A stretch of 63,798 nt of DNA, the filler included, from Octopus bimaculoides (lineage: Eukaryota), in the NCBI RefSeq assembly GCF_001194135.2. It is 5 parts of 4 records of this genome, joined end to end, with 100 filler letters (N's around TTAATTAATTAA, not from the genome) between each part and the next. Parts side by side here need not be neighbours in the genome. Positions count along the whole stretch, not along the records: positions 19,115 to 48,775 come from NC_068986.1; positions 48,876 to 63,798 come from NC_068996.1; 3 more parts are not named here. One strand, given 5' to 3'. This document shows positions 37,293 through 49,912 of this stretch, piece after piece (position 1 is the stretch's first letter; the number at the start of each line of letters is the position of its first letter). The position numbers and the translations under genes are program-made. Under the pieces are notes generated by a model. That model saw only the letters and a list, made by a program, of their open reading frames with translations, was not told the origin of the DNA and made no database searches.

Positions 37293-38192
37293 TACAAGGT
37301 CTGATCAATAAGTATTCGGATTGTTGCTATAGTAACGAAACTAAAGTACGCAGAGTAAAGCTGCTTGGCACAGATTGACCTTGAACTCTGCTGTGCATGT
37401 GCACTAAGTTTTAACGTTCTAGCTCACTTCCACTATTTACAGCAGTGCTTGGAAGGAAGATTTGTATCATGTGATCGTTGCATTGACCATGACAGAGAAA
37501 GTTGTCGTGGTGATACCTGCTCAGAGGTCTATGCAAAGTTGCAGAATATGTAAGGGGAAGAGTGTATGAGCTGCACACAAGTGTACGAATAGTTCAGACA
37601 TTTCCAAGATGGCTGAAATCATGTCGTAATTTACGAACGTTTTGGGAGATCTGCAACCAGAAGTACTGAGAAAAACATTGCAGATGTGCATGCAGCTGTG
37701 AGGAAAAATCGTCAAATCACCATCCATGAGTTATCATAGGATGTGCTGATTAATTAAGATTCAGCTCTGTCCATAATCACTGAAGATTTGGGTATGAGAC
37801 ATGTGCCTACCAAGTTTGTGCCAAAACTGCTTTCAGCTGACCAAAAAGACACTCAGGTTTCAGTTGCACAAGATCTCCTTGATTGTGTCAAGAAAGATGA
37901 AAACTTTTTGAAAATTTTTTGTAGGTGACTGTGCAGGTATCACTAAACTTTTGGCAAACTTTGATGTAGATTCTCTGCTCAACTTTCTCTGTCATGGTCA
38001 ATGTGATGATCACATGCTACACACCTTCCTTCCAAGCACTGCTGTAAACAACAGAATTAAGCTAGAATGTTAAAACTTAGTGAACATGCACAGCAGAGTT
38101 TAAGGTCAATCTGCACTAAGTAGCTTCACTCTGCGTGCTTTAGCTTCGTTACTATGGCAACAGTTCGGATACTTATTGATCATACCACATTA
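37293..38192 (+). mobile_element. Internally deleted mariner element with about 140-bp inverted termini
   Basis: tacaaggtctgatcaataagtattcgga ... ttcggatacttattgatcatacc; internal RQITIHEL..ITEDLGMRHVPTKFVPKLLSADQK..VAQDLLDCVKKDENFLK. Confidence 0.85.
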
Positions 38193-38544
38193 TGTTGTTG
38201 GAGATGAAGAGCATTCAACTCAGTGAAGGATGTGCTGAAAGTGAACCTAGACAAGGCTTCTGCGCCAATCTCTTCAACAGCACAGTCTTGCCTGCAATGT
38301 TATATGCATGAGAGACTCGGACCTTGTTTACTCAAAACTGTTGACACAAGAGCAATAGCTTTGAGTAACTGGTAATTGATACCACTCTCGGAGTGGTTGG
38401 CGTTAGGAAGGGCATCCAGCTGTAGAAACTCTGCCAAATCAGATTGGAGCCTGGTGTCGCCTCCTGGTCCACCAGTCCTCAGTCAAATCGTCCAACCCAT
38501 GATAGCATGGAAAGCGGACGTTAAACGACGATGATGATGATAAT

Positions 38545-38930
38545 GAACTCTAGAACTGAACCAGTATTTATTTTATCGATCCTGAATTTTTGAAAAGTGA
38601 GGTTGCCTTCTGTGGGAATGAAACTCAGAATGTAAAGAGTTGAAAGAAATTCCACAAAGCATTTTACTGGTGCACTAACGATTCTGCTAACTTAGATAAA
38701 TACGTAACCAATACACCAGGAGAGCAGGCAGAAACATCAGCATGCTGGGCGAAATGCTTAGCAGTATTTCATCTGTCTTTACATTCCAAGTTCAAATTCC
38801 ACTGAGGTTGACTTTGCCTTTTATCCTTTCGGGGTTGATAAATTAAGTATCAGTTGCATATTTGGGTCGATCTAATTGACTGAGCCTGTCCCCCAAAATT
38901 TCGGGCCTTGTACCTAGAGTAGAAAAGAAT
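38545..38930. mobile_element. Two SINE family B copies (38545-38700 -, 38715-38930 +)
   Basis: Consensus blocks. Confidence 0.75.
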
Positions 38931-38969
38931 ATAAATATATATATGTGTATGACATACAGAAAATAACAC

Positions 38970-39123
38970 TGCTAGGCCCTACATAAAGCACATTCAATAT
39001 TGTAAGAAAATAACAACACTAAAATAAGCCACAGCACATAGCCAAGGCACGCAGAGCTGTGCTTGGTAGTGCAGTGAAAGCGCATAATAAAAATATAACT
39101 ACTGAATAATAATAATAATAATA

Positions 39124-39155
<32 letters not shown>

Positions 39156-40384
39156 AACAGGAAAACAATGACAAGAAAACAAGAAAAATAATGATAGGAT
39201 TTAGAATGCACCACCCAAAATCTGACATAGAAAAGTTATATATACAATGTATCGAAGGTGGTATAGGCTTTATACAGCTAGAAAACTATTACAACATAAC
39301 CACCATAGAACTACAGAAGTACCTACTTCAGGAGAAAGGAAAACTAATACAAATAGCCACAAAACACAAAAAAAAAAAAAAAGAAACTATTTTCAGATTT
39401 TAAGGAAGCTGACAAATATGAAAAAGAAGTCATAGTATCTAACAACTACGAAGAAAATGAAGAAACAACAAAAGCTGTAAAGCAACTGAAATCCAAACTA
39501 AAACTGGAACAGCAACGTATCATAATAAAACGATAGCAAGAAAAGCTCCTACATGGCAAATACTGGGTTAAACTAAACACAAAAGAAATAGCGAAAGCAA
39601 AATCCCAACAATGGTTGAGAAGCTCAGGACTCAAAGCAGAGACTGAAGGGTTTTTAATTGCTGCACAAGATCAAAGCCTTCCCACAAGAAATCATCAAAA
39701 ACATGTAATGGAAAGATATACAACTAGTAACTACAGAATATGTGGAGATGAAGAAGAAACAATAAATCATATTGTCTCCGACAACCCAGTCCTGGCTAAG
39801 AAGGAATATATTCACAGACATGGCAGAGTTGGGATGTATATATACTGGTAGCTGTGCCTAAACAATTGAATAACAACAGAAAAGAGATAGTATAGGCACA
39901 TGCCAGAAAATGAGAAAGCAACCATACTCTGGGATATGCCAATACACACAGATAGAGAAATTAATGCAAATAGGCTGGATATAGTTGTCAGAGATCACCA
40001 AAGAAAAAAATGCTTTCTAATCAATGTATCAATACCAACAGATGACAATGTTTCTCTAAAAGAAATGGAGAAACTTTCAAAATACACAGACCTAGAAATA
40101 GAGGTAACTCGAATGTGGAATCTAAAATCAGAATCAATTCCTATCATAATGGGTGCATTAGGTATGATAAAAAAAATATTCAGACAAATACATAACAAAA
40201 CCACCAGAACTTACAAGTATATATAACATACAGAAAATTGCACTACTGGGCACTGCACACATCCTACGCAAAACACTTTCAATACAGTAACCATAAGAGC
40301 ATCACAGCAAACCACAGCACATACCCAAGGCACACAGAGCTGCGCTTGGTAGTGAAGTGAAAGCACGTTATAAAAATAAAACTA

Positions 40385-40430
<46 letters not shown>
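38970..40430 (+). mobile_element. R4/Dong-like LINE: short 3' end (38970-39130) in tandem with a 1.3-kb 5'-truncated copy (39160-40430), (TAA)n tails
   Basis: HHPKSDIEKLY..GG.G; ETEGFLIAAQDQSLPTRN; YRICG.EEETINHIVS (decayed CCHC); NRLDIVV..INVSIP; GALG; LLGTAHILRK. Shared 3' UTR cacagcacata.ccaaggcac..aataactactgaataataat. Confidence 0.9.
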
Positions 40431-41218
40431 TTGTTATTCAATTGTTTAGGCACAGCTACCAGTATATATACATCCNNNNNNNNNNNNNNNNNNNNNNNNN
40501 NNNNNNNNNNNNNNNNNNNNNNNNNNNNNNNNNNNNNNNNNNNNNNNNNNNNNNNNNNNNNNNNNNNNNNNNNNNNNNNNNNNNNNNNNNNNNNNNNNNN
40601 NNNNNNNNNNNNNNNNNNNNNNNNNNNNNNNNNNNNNNNNNNNNNNNNNNNNNNNNNNNNNNNNNNNNNNNNNNNNNNNNNNNNNNNNNNNNNNNNNNNN
40701 NNNNNNNNNNNNNNNNNNNNNNNNNNNNNNNNNNNNNNNNNNNNNNNNNNNNNNNNNNNNNNNNNNNNNNNNNNNNNNNNNNNNNNNNNNNNNNNNNNNN
40801 NNNNNNNNNNNNNNNNNNNNNNNNNNNNNNNNNNNNNNNNNNNNNNNNNNNNNNNNNNNNNNNNNNNNNNNNNNNNNNNNNNNNNNNNNNNNNNNNNNNN
40901 NNNNNNNNNNNNNNNNNNNNNNNNNNNNNNNNNNNNNNNNNNNNNNNNNNNNNNNNNNNNNNNNNNNNNNNNNNNNNNNNNNNNNNNNNNNNNNNNNNNN
41001 NNNNNNNNNNNNNNNNNNNNNNNNNNNNNNNNNNNNNNNNNNNNNNNNNNNNNNNNNNNNNNNNNNNNNNNNNNNNNNNNNNNNNNNNNNNNNNNNNNNN
41101 NNNNNNNNNNNACGTAAAATACTGTCTATGTGATATCAAATTTTAAAACAAACACATAATTTTCTTTTGGTTTCTTAAACATTCACTAGAACGAAACTGT
41201 ACAAATCCAAATATATGG

Positions 41219-41343
41219 TACTCTAGGCATAACACCTACATGAACTTCTAACTTGTCTCTTGAGGTCTCTGGGTGAGACTTGGATCCAACTTGTACAAAT
41301 GCAAAACAAAAGTCAAACATAAAATAATAATAATAATAATAAT
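41219..41343 (+). mobile_element. R4/Dong-like 3' end with (TAA)n tail
   Basis: Identical to the reverse complement of 23101-23195. Confidence 0.6.
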
Positions 41344-41892
41344 AAATGCCCTGATGCAGTACCAGGCAGTGGCTCTCATGTCTTCTGATCTTAACTGATT
41401 GGAAGTGTTATCACATACATGTTTTGTCTTGGTGTAAAAGATGGCCTACAGCAAATATTCTGTTCAATACCACAGATTTGCTTGTCATCTGTTTGACCTT
41501 AACGAGTTGAGCATGTCCCTTGGTGGTTGACAATATGTACATCTCTGATTACGAGCAGAAGTAATGGGGAGCATCATAGCCATGTGTTGAGAGCAATTCT
41601 TTGAGGTTTGAATAATTCACCTTTGGAAATGTGGGTGCTTTGTTCAACATCCATAAACAACCCTTATTCAGGGACCTTTTCAACAGGACAGGCTACTCGA
41701 CCTGATGAAAATTCTAACTGGTCTCCACCTGCAAGGTCATGTGCTGTTTATCTTGATATGAGATCATCATGTCGTGCACATATGGTTGTGATGCATGTGC
41801 CTGGTGTACCCTTATCAGACAGGAGTCTGATACTGGGCTTCGTATATTTATACCCCAATGTCACTTTGATGGCTTGCACTGGTCTCTTACTC
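41344..41892 (+). mobile_element. (TAA)n-flanked repeat, copy 2
   Basis: See 22495-23052. Confidence 0.85.
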
Positions 41893-41904
41893 AATAATGA
41901 TAAC

Positions 41905-41964
<60 letters not shown>

Positions 41965-43765
41965 CCTTTCTATTATAGGCACAAGGCCTGAAATTTTGGG
42001 GGAGGGCATTAGTCAGTTACATGGACCCCCAGTGATTGACTGGTACTTATTTTACTGACACTGAAAGGATGAAAGGTAAAGTTGACCTCAACGTGTTTTG
42101 AACTTAGAACGTAAAGATTCAGAAGAAATACCACAAAGCATTCTACCAGGTCATTGCCTTAATAACAATAATGATAATAACAACAACAGCAGCAGCAACA
42201 ATGACAACAGCAACAACAACAATAAAACAGTTGAGAGATGTGACCTAGATATAATTATATCTGTGCTGGAATTAGGCGGAGTAATGCTAATTAATTGTGA
42301 CAAGTGTGGCAAAAAAGAAATGCGATGGAAAGTAGGAGAACACTGATAATTATAACTTCTTGTAATGTAGACACAGATTAAGGAAAGGATAGTCGACACT
42401 ATAAACCCAGACAGTTGATGATCCTTAATTTTATCAGACCCTGAAGGATGGGACATAAAGTTGATCATTGTAGGATTTGAATGTAAAAATCCAATTCAGA
42501 ATGCTAAATCAGATTGAAAAAATCCTAAAAAAAAATACTCCAGAATATTTTTTTATTACGCTTTAACAATTCTACTAATCCACAGGTCTTATGATGATTA
42601 TAATGATGATGGTTGCTCCCATCGGTTTTGATGTATGAGTGTTTGAAGAGAGTAATAGCAAAAATAATCTTTTCAACTCTAGGCACAAGGCCTGAAACTT
42701 GGTGGGAGGGGGACAGTCAATTAAATCGACCCCAGTAGACAACTGGTACTTAATTTATCGACCTTGAAAGGATGAAAGGCAAAGACAACCTCAGCAGAAT
42801 TTGAACTCAGAAAGTAAAGACAGACAAAATACCGCTAAGCATTTCGCCCAGCGTGCTAACGTTTCTGCCAGCTCACCGCCTTACCAAAAATAAATAATAA
42901 AAAACAATGAAAGAACTTAAGGGGCTGCAACTACTTGCAATAGATGCATGGAATGTAATTTGAGTACAGGAATGGATTTTGCTATGAAGTCGCTATAGGG
43001 ATATTGATGATTTTGATTTTGCCTGAGATCGGGCAAATGTGTCTGTTGGTTGCAGGATATTGTTCTTCTATNNNNNNNNNNGACACATTTTATGCCGTGC
43101 ATATCAATCTAGGCAATGACTTTCACAAGATGTCAAGTTAAGCTGTAGAGATTTTACTGATTGCTTCAACTTATCCTTACACCTAAGGAAAGGTCTTCCT
43201 TTACCACGGTATCCCTCTGCTTCTTGGCCATACAAAAGAATTTTTGGAATGCAGTCATCTTTTATTCAAACAATGTCCTACCCATCTGCACTGGATTCTC
43301 ATCAACATGTTTTGGATACTGGAGAAATCACATTTTTCTAAGATTTTGACATTAGATATCTTATCTTGTCATTTTATGTTGTGTATGTTGCGCAAAAAAC
43401 ATACGTGGAAGATTTCAAGTTTCTTTATATATCTGTAGTAAGGAGTTCAAGCTTCTGCTCCATACAAAAGTGTGCTCAAAATACAAGATTTGTATACTCT
43501 TATTTTCGTTTTCAGACTGATATCATGATCATCCCACACACAATATTAATAATAATCCTTTCTATTGTAGGCACAAAGCCTGAAATTTGTGGGGAGGGGT
43601 AAGTTGATCACACCAACCCTAGTACATGACTAGTACTTAATTTATTGACCTTGGAAGGATGAAAGGCAAAGTGAACCATGGTGGAATTTGAACTCAGAAC
43701 GTAAGGAGGATGAAATGCTGTTAAGCATTTTGTCCAGTGTGCTAACAATTCTGCCAACTTGGGGT
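41965..43765 (-). mobile_element. SINE family B copies (41965-42150, 42660-42885, 43545-43765)
   Basis: ctttcta..ctaggcacaaggcctgaaa...ccgctaagcatttcgcccagcgtgctaacg blocks. Confidence 0.75.
42917..43400 (-). mobile_element. RTE (BovB-like) ORF2 C-terminal relic
   Basis: KISNVKILEKCDFSSIQNMLMRIQCRWVGH...DDCIPKILLYGQEAEGYRGKGRPFLRCKDKLK. Confidence 0.8.
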
Positions 43766-43834
43766 AACATAAAATGTGAAAAAAATGTAAAAAATTACAA
43801 AAATATAAATCTTAACAAAGAATAATTCTCCAAA

Positions 43835-44490
43835 GGAGGGAGACTACCTAGGGCTGCTCATGAAAACCCAACAAAACCATAGAGGCTCTGACCCATTCCA
43901 CATTATCTGCAGGTGTATGTTTAATGTAGGCCTGTTCACTCATACAACTCTTGCCACATTCACCCACCATTCAATAAAATTGCTGGAGGGCAGCACTTCT
44001 TCCTCTACCCTTGCTCTCCTTTTCAAACAAACCTTGCAAAAGTTGATGAGAGCTTGGCTAAAGAGAAAAGTATCTGTCTTCAGCCCTTTCAATCTGTCCC
44101 ACCACGCAACCTCTTTCCCTAAGGCCACCACACAAAGGAAAACTGCCTGCCCTTCCTGACCAGTGGGACAATCTTCATAATGGATTCAGCTGGTAGCTGG
44201 ATCCATTCTACATATGACAGTAAGTGTTTGACATAAGCCCACAAGTCAACAATGCTCAAGCACTGGACAAGAGCATGCAGAACAGTTCTGTTGCTTTGCA
44301 TGCCTCTCAGGTAAGCTCAGCCGACAACACTTCCATGACAGCAGAGTTTATCTTGAACTAACAATGCATCCCCATAGGACTGCCAGGCCAAGGGTTTCTG
44401 GAAATTATTCAAAGGTCCGAACCCCAAAGTCCTGTGGAACAGACCAGCCAGTCAATTTTTGTCAATACCCAGAGTCTCTCCAAGAACATA
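43835..44490 (-). mobile_element. L1/Tx1-clade LINE ORF2 C-terminal relic
   Basis: Decayed zf-RVT-like segment SNRTVLHALVQC, then VALGKEVAWWDRLKGLKTDTFL..INF..CLKRRARVE.EVL...F.EWWV.VAR. Confidence 0.7.
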
Positions 44491-44504
44491 GTTACACATA
44501 TACA

Positions 44505-44760
44505 ATGTGACCAGGTCATAGAGTCAAGATGACCAGATATTGTACTCATCAGTAAAAATGTAAAAGCAGTTAAGACAATAGATGTTGCAATATCAGGTGA
44601 TTCAAAGGTGAAAAAATAAAGAACTAGAAAATACTAGCAACTGAGGAATGAGATAGGCTTTGGAGTATTAGGAAAGTGATTGTGATATGGGTAGCAATTG
44701 GAACATTGGAAGCAGTCTCTAAGGGCTTTGAAAAGCACAAAGGGGAATATTGGAGTTACT
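44505..44760 (+). mobile_element. Old R4/Dong-like RLE relic
   Basis: CDQVIESR*PDIVLISK...IDVAISGDSKV...W.AIGTLEAV remnants. Confidence 0.55.
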
Positions 44761-44901
44761 AATATAAGTAAATATTAGTAAATATATAAAACAAAACTGC
44801 AACTGTGATCTCTACACAGGCACCCCAATCAAAACTGAAACTTGTATATGTCACCCATGTTTTTCTAACACAAATTAACATATATATAAACCAATATACA
44901 C

Positions 44902-45083
44902 AGTTCTATATTTAAGAGATGAGGAATTATGTACGTTATTTACATTTTATTATTATCATCATTATTCAGGTCACTGCCTGGAATCAAACTGCCTGGAATG
45001 CCCAGGGGCATATGCGTAGTTTTTAAAAGCGTGGGTTACTAACCCCAAGATTCCGAGTTTGATTCCACGCAGTGACCTGAATA

Positions 45084-45141
<58 letters not shown>

Positions 45142-45277
45142 CAACATCGAAAAAATACCTTAGGAGGAGAACCCAGGTTTGAAATTTCCCCAAGACACCT
45201 GATGAAGGCTGGAGGGTATATCAGCCGAAACATTGTGTTAACAACAAACAAGATGAGGACAAATATCCGTCAAATGA
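44902..45277 (+). mobile_element. 376-bp composite insertion: inverted segment + tRNA-like head + (TAA)n + hammerhead-bearing pLTR-like body, 14-bp TSD
   Basis: TSD aaaccaatatacac at 44888-44901 and 45278-45291; internal 30-bp inverted arms at 44961-44990 and 45056-45085. Confidence 0.75.
45194..45239 (+). ncRNA. Minimal type-I hammerhead ribozyme-like motif
   Basis: GACAC-CTGATGA-A-GGCTG gagggtatat CAGCC-GAAAC-ATT-GTGTT. Stem I GACAC/GTGTT, stem II GGCTG/CAGCC; stem III is a decayed AACGTT palindrome. Confidence 0.6.
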
Positions 45278-46249
45278 AAACCAATATACACTTCCAACAT
45301 AAAACTATAGGCATGTTTATGTTTTTGTGTAATAGAATCTTTCTTTCTCAACTCTTTTTTTTTCTCTCGCTCTCGCCTTCTGAAAATGTCTTCCTAAAGT
45401 ATTAGTTTAACAAGCTGACGTCAACCTGTCAGATGACTATGATACATAGATATATATAGGGCTTACTAAGAACCCTTTTAAACAGAATTCCTGCAGCATA
45501 GGTATATATTCTGGCACTCAGAACAACATTTTACTACTTCACTATCCAAATATATCTAGACTTTAAAGGATAATAATAATAACAATTATGCAATCTACTG
45601 ATTCATTATTGAACTTAAATTCCACTGATTGACTATCTCCAGAATAGACTACCTCAATCTTTCAAAGAAGTGTAATATTTATTCTATCACAACTGTTTGC
45701 AGTTTTGAACAAATTGTTGTAAGCAAATTTCCTACACAAAGGGTTTGATATACCCGAAAAATATTCATATACATACATACATACATACATACATACATAC
45801 ATACATGCAAACAGACTGACAGACTCACACACACACATGCATGCATGCATGCACATGTACATGTGTGGATGATTGTTTATACTGTGGTATATGTTAATGC
45901 CTATAGAGAAAGATCAATGCTAAATTATCACATATTGTTATCAAGTATCAAATAGATTTGTCATCTTAACAAACATTAATGCTTGTCTGAAAGAAATGAA
46001 GAAATTATCTAGATACAAAGATCTGGAAATAGAGATAACCAGAATGTAAGGACTGAAAACAGGAAAAAAATATTCCTATAATAAAAGCTGAGATAGGAAT
46101 GATTAAATCATACAGACAAATACATAACCAAAACCACAAGACTTACAGTTATGTAGATCATAGAGAAAACATCAGTATTGTGCATTGTAAACATATTACA
46201 TAGAGTCATTAAAAAAATGCAAAGCTAAAACAAAACCCTGTTTATACCC

Positions 46250-46575
46250 AGAATATGTGTGACTTAGTGGTCAGGGTAATCAGATCACAATTGTAAGGTT
46301 GTGAGTCTGATACCTAGTGGCATGTTGTGCCCTTGAGTGAGACACTTTATTTCACATTGGTTCAGTTCACATGGCTGGTAAAACTGAGTAGTACCAGTAT
46401 TTCAAAGGGCCAGTCTTGTTGCATTCTGTGTCATGCTGAATCTCCATGAAAACTACGTTAAGGTTATGTGTGTCTGTGGAGTGCTCAGCCACATGCATGC
46501 TAATTTCAAGAGTAGGCTGTTCCATTGGCTGGATCAACTGGGACACTCGTTGTCATAACAGACAGGTTGCCAGTC
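46250..46575 (+). mobile_element. SINE family C
   Basis: gtgtgacttagtggtcagggt..gtgcccttgagtgagacactttatttcaca..ggagtgctcagccac. Confidence 0.8.
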
Positions 46576-47272
46576 ATTAGTTTATGCAGAGTTGCACTAA
46601 AACACAGTATACAAATAAAGACTGTTTAAAGATAATTCTAATTACAAATAATAAATGAAATCATCACCATCACCAACATTTTACATCCATCTTTCATGCT
46701 GGTATGGGTTGGATGACTTGACAGGAGCTAGTAAACCAGAAGACCATGCCAGCTACACTATCTCCTTTGGCATGATTTTTACAGTTAGATGCTCTTCCTA
46801 ACACCAACCACTTTACAATATAGATTACTTTAAGTAATTAACAGTAATAATTTTAGCACTAAAAAGGAAAATGTATAACAAGTATAAGTATGAAAATCCA
46901 TGGTTCACAACTCTAAACATGGTTCACAAAATAGACCTTGCTAAGTATAGGCATTTGCTGTGCAAGGCATTTTTACTTAATTTATATAGAACAATCTCTG
47001 CCGTCCACACTGTACATTCCCTACACCAGGTGTCAGTAAAGTAGCCAATATTGGTCCCTGAGAGTCAATGTGGTTTTCCAAGGAGTCAATAAACACCTGA
47101 AATGATATTGAACATTAAGGGTGCTGAATTATTTGCAAGCTGTTTTTTACAACATAAATAAGATTTGGTTTATAAAGGTTCATCTGAAATGCAAAATGGA
47201 GATTCAAAATGCCTTAGCAGATATTACATCATTGACATGCACCTATTAAATATGCAATGTCAACTAACTGAC

Positions 47273-47542
47273 TGTTGTTGGCACTCCGTCGCTTGCGATG
47301 TCAAGGATTCCAGTTGATTCGATCAACCGAACAGCCTGCTCGTGAAATTAACGTGCAAGTGGCTGAGTACTCCACAGACACATGTACGCTTAATGTAGTT
47401 CTCGTGGATATTCAGCCTGACAGAGTGTGACGAGGCTGACCCTTTGAATTACAGGCACAACAGAAACAGGAAGTAAGAGTGAGAGAAAGTTGTGGTGAAA
47501 GGGTACAGCAGGGTTCGCCACCATCCCCTGCTGGAGCCTCGT
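47273..47542 (-). mobile_element. SINE family C 3' part
   Basis: Consensus blocks; runs into a gap. Confidence 0.8.
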
Positions 47543-47939
47543 NNNNNNNNNNNNNNNNNNNNNNNNNNNNNNNNNNNNNNNNNNNNNNNNNNNNNNNNNN
47601 NNNNNNNNNNNNNNNNNNNNNNNNNNNNNNNNNNNNNNNNNNNNNNNNNNNNNNNNNNNNNNNNNNNNNNNNNNNNNNNNNNNNNNNNNNNNNNNNNNNN
47701 NNNNNNNNNNNNNNNNNNNNNNNNNNNNNNNNNNNNNNNNNNNNNNATGTACAAAGCATTTATTTCTTCCTGTAATTAATGTGTTTCTATGACACTTTCT
47801 GTATAGCAAGCTGAAAGTGACTATAGTATCCCTTGCCTTTTCTTGCTTCAGTTGACAGGTAAAATCCCAGCATATGATTGCATAAAACCCATGAAGGAAT
47901 AATAATAATGATAATAATTATAATAATGATAATAATAAT

Positions 47940-48606
47940 AAATGCCCAGATGCAGTATCAGGCAGTAGCTCTCATGGTTTCTGATCTTAATTGATTGGAA
48001 GTGTTATCATGTACATTGTTTTGTCTTGGTATAAAAGATGGACTACAGCAAATATTCTGCTCAATACCACAGATTTGCTTGTCAGTTGTTTGACCTTAAT
48101 CAGTTGAGCGTGCCCCTGNNNNNNNNNNNNNNNNNNNNNNNNNNNNNNNNNNNNNNNNNNNNNNNNNNNNGTGGTTGACAATATGTGCATCTCTGATCAT
48201 GAGCAGAAGTAGTCGGGGAGCATCATAGCCATGTGTTGAGAGGAATTCTTTGAGGTTTGAATAATTCACCTTTGGAAACATGGGTGTTTCGTTCAACATC
48301 CTCAAACAACCTTTATGCAAGGATTTTTTGAGCGGGATGGGCTAGTCGACCTGAAGAAAATTCTAACTGGGCCCCACCTTCAAGGTCATGCGCTGTTTAT
48401 CTTGATATGAGATCACCATGTCGCGCACATATAGCTGTGATGCATGTGCCTNNNNNNNNNNGATATGAGATCACCATGTCGCGCACATATAGCTGTGATG
48501 CATGTGCCTGGTGTACCCTTATCAGACGGGTAGTCATGATGGGTATAATGGGCTTCGTATATTTTACCCTAGTGTCACTTTGATAGCTTACCCTGCTCTC
48601 TCAGTC
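47940..48606 (+). mobile_element. (TAA)n-flanked repeat, copy 3 (gapped; 48-bp overlap artefact around N at 48452-48461)
   Basis: See 22495-23052. 48404-48451 is duplicated at 48462-48509 across a 10-N gap. Confidence 0.8.
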
Positions 48607-48643
48607 AATAATAATAATAACAATAATAATAATAATAATAATG

Positions 48644-48663
<20 letters not shown>

Positions 48664-48677
<14 letters not shown>

Positions 48678-48775
48678 GTAGCAATATAACACTAGATAAA
48701 GCCAATGAAATAAGAGAACTAGACGAAAGCCAACCATATAAGTATTTAGGAGTCAATGAACTAGATAGGATACAA
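48664..48775 (+). mobile_element. R4/Dong-like RT fragment starting at (TAA)n
   Basis: NITLDKANEIRELDESQPYKYLGVNELDRIQ (YKYLG motif). Confidence 0.75.
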
Positions 48776-48875
48776 NNNNNNNNNNNNNNNNNNNNNNNNN
48801 NNNNNNNNNNNNNNNNNNNTTAATTAATTAANNNNNNNNNNNNNNNNNNNNNNNNNNNNNNNNNNNNNNNNNNNN

Positions 48876-49120
48876 GTGTTGGAGGAAAGTTCCTTTTGTG
48901 TGTTGGGCCTCACAGAGGCAAGTTCTTTTCAAGCATTGGGCCTTACAGAGGCGAATTCCTTTCGAGCATTGGGCCTCACGGAGGAGAGTTCCTTGTGAGT
49001 GTTGGGCCTCACGGAGGAGAGTTCCTTGCGAGTGTTGGGCCTCTTGCAGGCAATGACCAAGACCTTTGGCATTATGTTATGCCTCTTGGAGGCAATGACC
49101 GAGACCTTTGGCATTACGTT
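48876..49120 (+). repeat. Degenerate 33-bp (about 5x) and 42-bp (2x) tandem duplications inside an RTE ORF2 end
   Basis: Units gtgttgggcctcacggaggagagttccttgtga and ggcaatgacc.agacctttggcatta.gttatgc, continuing into the RTE 3' UTR. Confidence 0.75.
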
Positions 49121-49519
49121 ATGCTTGAGAAGAAGACCCATCAAGCTGAGCAAAATTGCAGTCATGGCAGATACTGCTGTCACACAAATGGCACCTGTGC
49201 CAGTGGTACCCACTACACTATTGGAGTTGTTGGCGTTTGGAAGGGCATCCGACTGTAGAAACCATGCCAAATTGAACTGGAGTCTGGTGCAGCCTTCCAG
49301 CTTGCCAGCCCTCGTCAAACTGTCCAACCCATGCCAGCATGGACAACAAACATGATGATGATGACAGTGAAACAAATATCAGTGACAAGATATACCATCA
49401 TAGTCTATAAGAACTAACAACTTCCAACAATTAAAGTGAAATAGAGAATCGAGTGCCCAGGCCATAGATGTACTGCCACTGTCTATAAGTATTGAAACCC
49501 TGATATACAGTAATGCATG

Positions 49520-49912
49520 CAGGGCTGGATTAAGACCCATCGAGGCTCTAAGCGCTAAAAAGATGTTGGTGCCTCCATAAAAGATTATGTAATTCAAAAT
49601 ATAAACAATAACAAAACAAAGTAATTTTTTATTTTTCAAAGCGAAACAAAATAGTAAGAGGGAAAATAATGTTTATATATTTGAAAAGTTTCCTCCTACT
49701 TTTTTGAATTGCAAAGTCTTTGATCAGATCCTCAAAATTAATCTTAGGTAACACATCTGAACCTTTACTTAGTAGAGATAAAGGCAACATTATTTTAGCA
49801 AGTTTAAAGTGATTTCTTTTGTGCCGTAAACCATTTACCATTTTCTGTGGTGCCTCCTTCCCTTGATGCCCTAAGCACGTGCTTGTTTTGCTTAATGATT
49901 AATCCAGTGTTG
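49520..49912 (-). mobile_element. Non-autonomous hAT (Tip100-like) element with C-terminal dimerisation-domain remnant
   Basis: Termini cagggctggattaa / ttaatccagtgttg; minus ORF LSLLSKGSDVLPKINFEDLIKDFAIQKSRRKLF. Confidence 0.75.

Noticed and set aside
1110-41146. Long X-containing ORFs spanning N-gaps (e.g. 1110-2126, 4597-5382, 17233-17841, 23104-23646, 31507-32304, 40428-41117)
   Set aside because: Open only because N codons contain no stops; flanking residues are microsatellite or SINE translations.
48404-48509. 48-bp direct duplication
   Set aside because: Identical copies on both sides of a 10-N gap; unresolved contig overlap.
48896-49258. 120-aa ORF with SVGPHGGEFL repeats
   Set aside because: Tandem duplications within an RTE ORF2 end and 3' UTR; not a host gene.
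49394-49500. Exon-like GFNTYRQWQYIYGLGTRF segment
   Set aside because: Stops within the putative exon, weak donor, no recognisable family.
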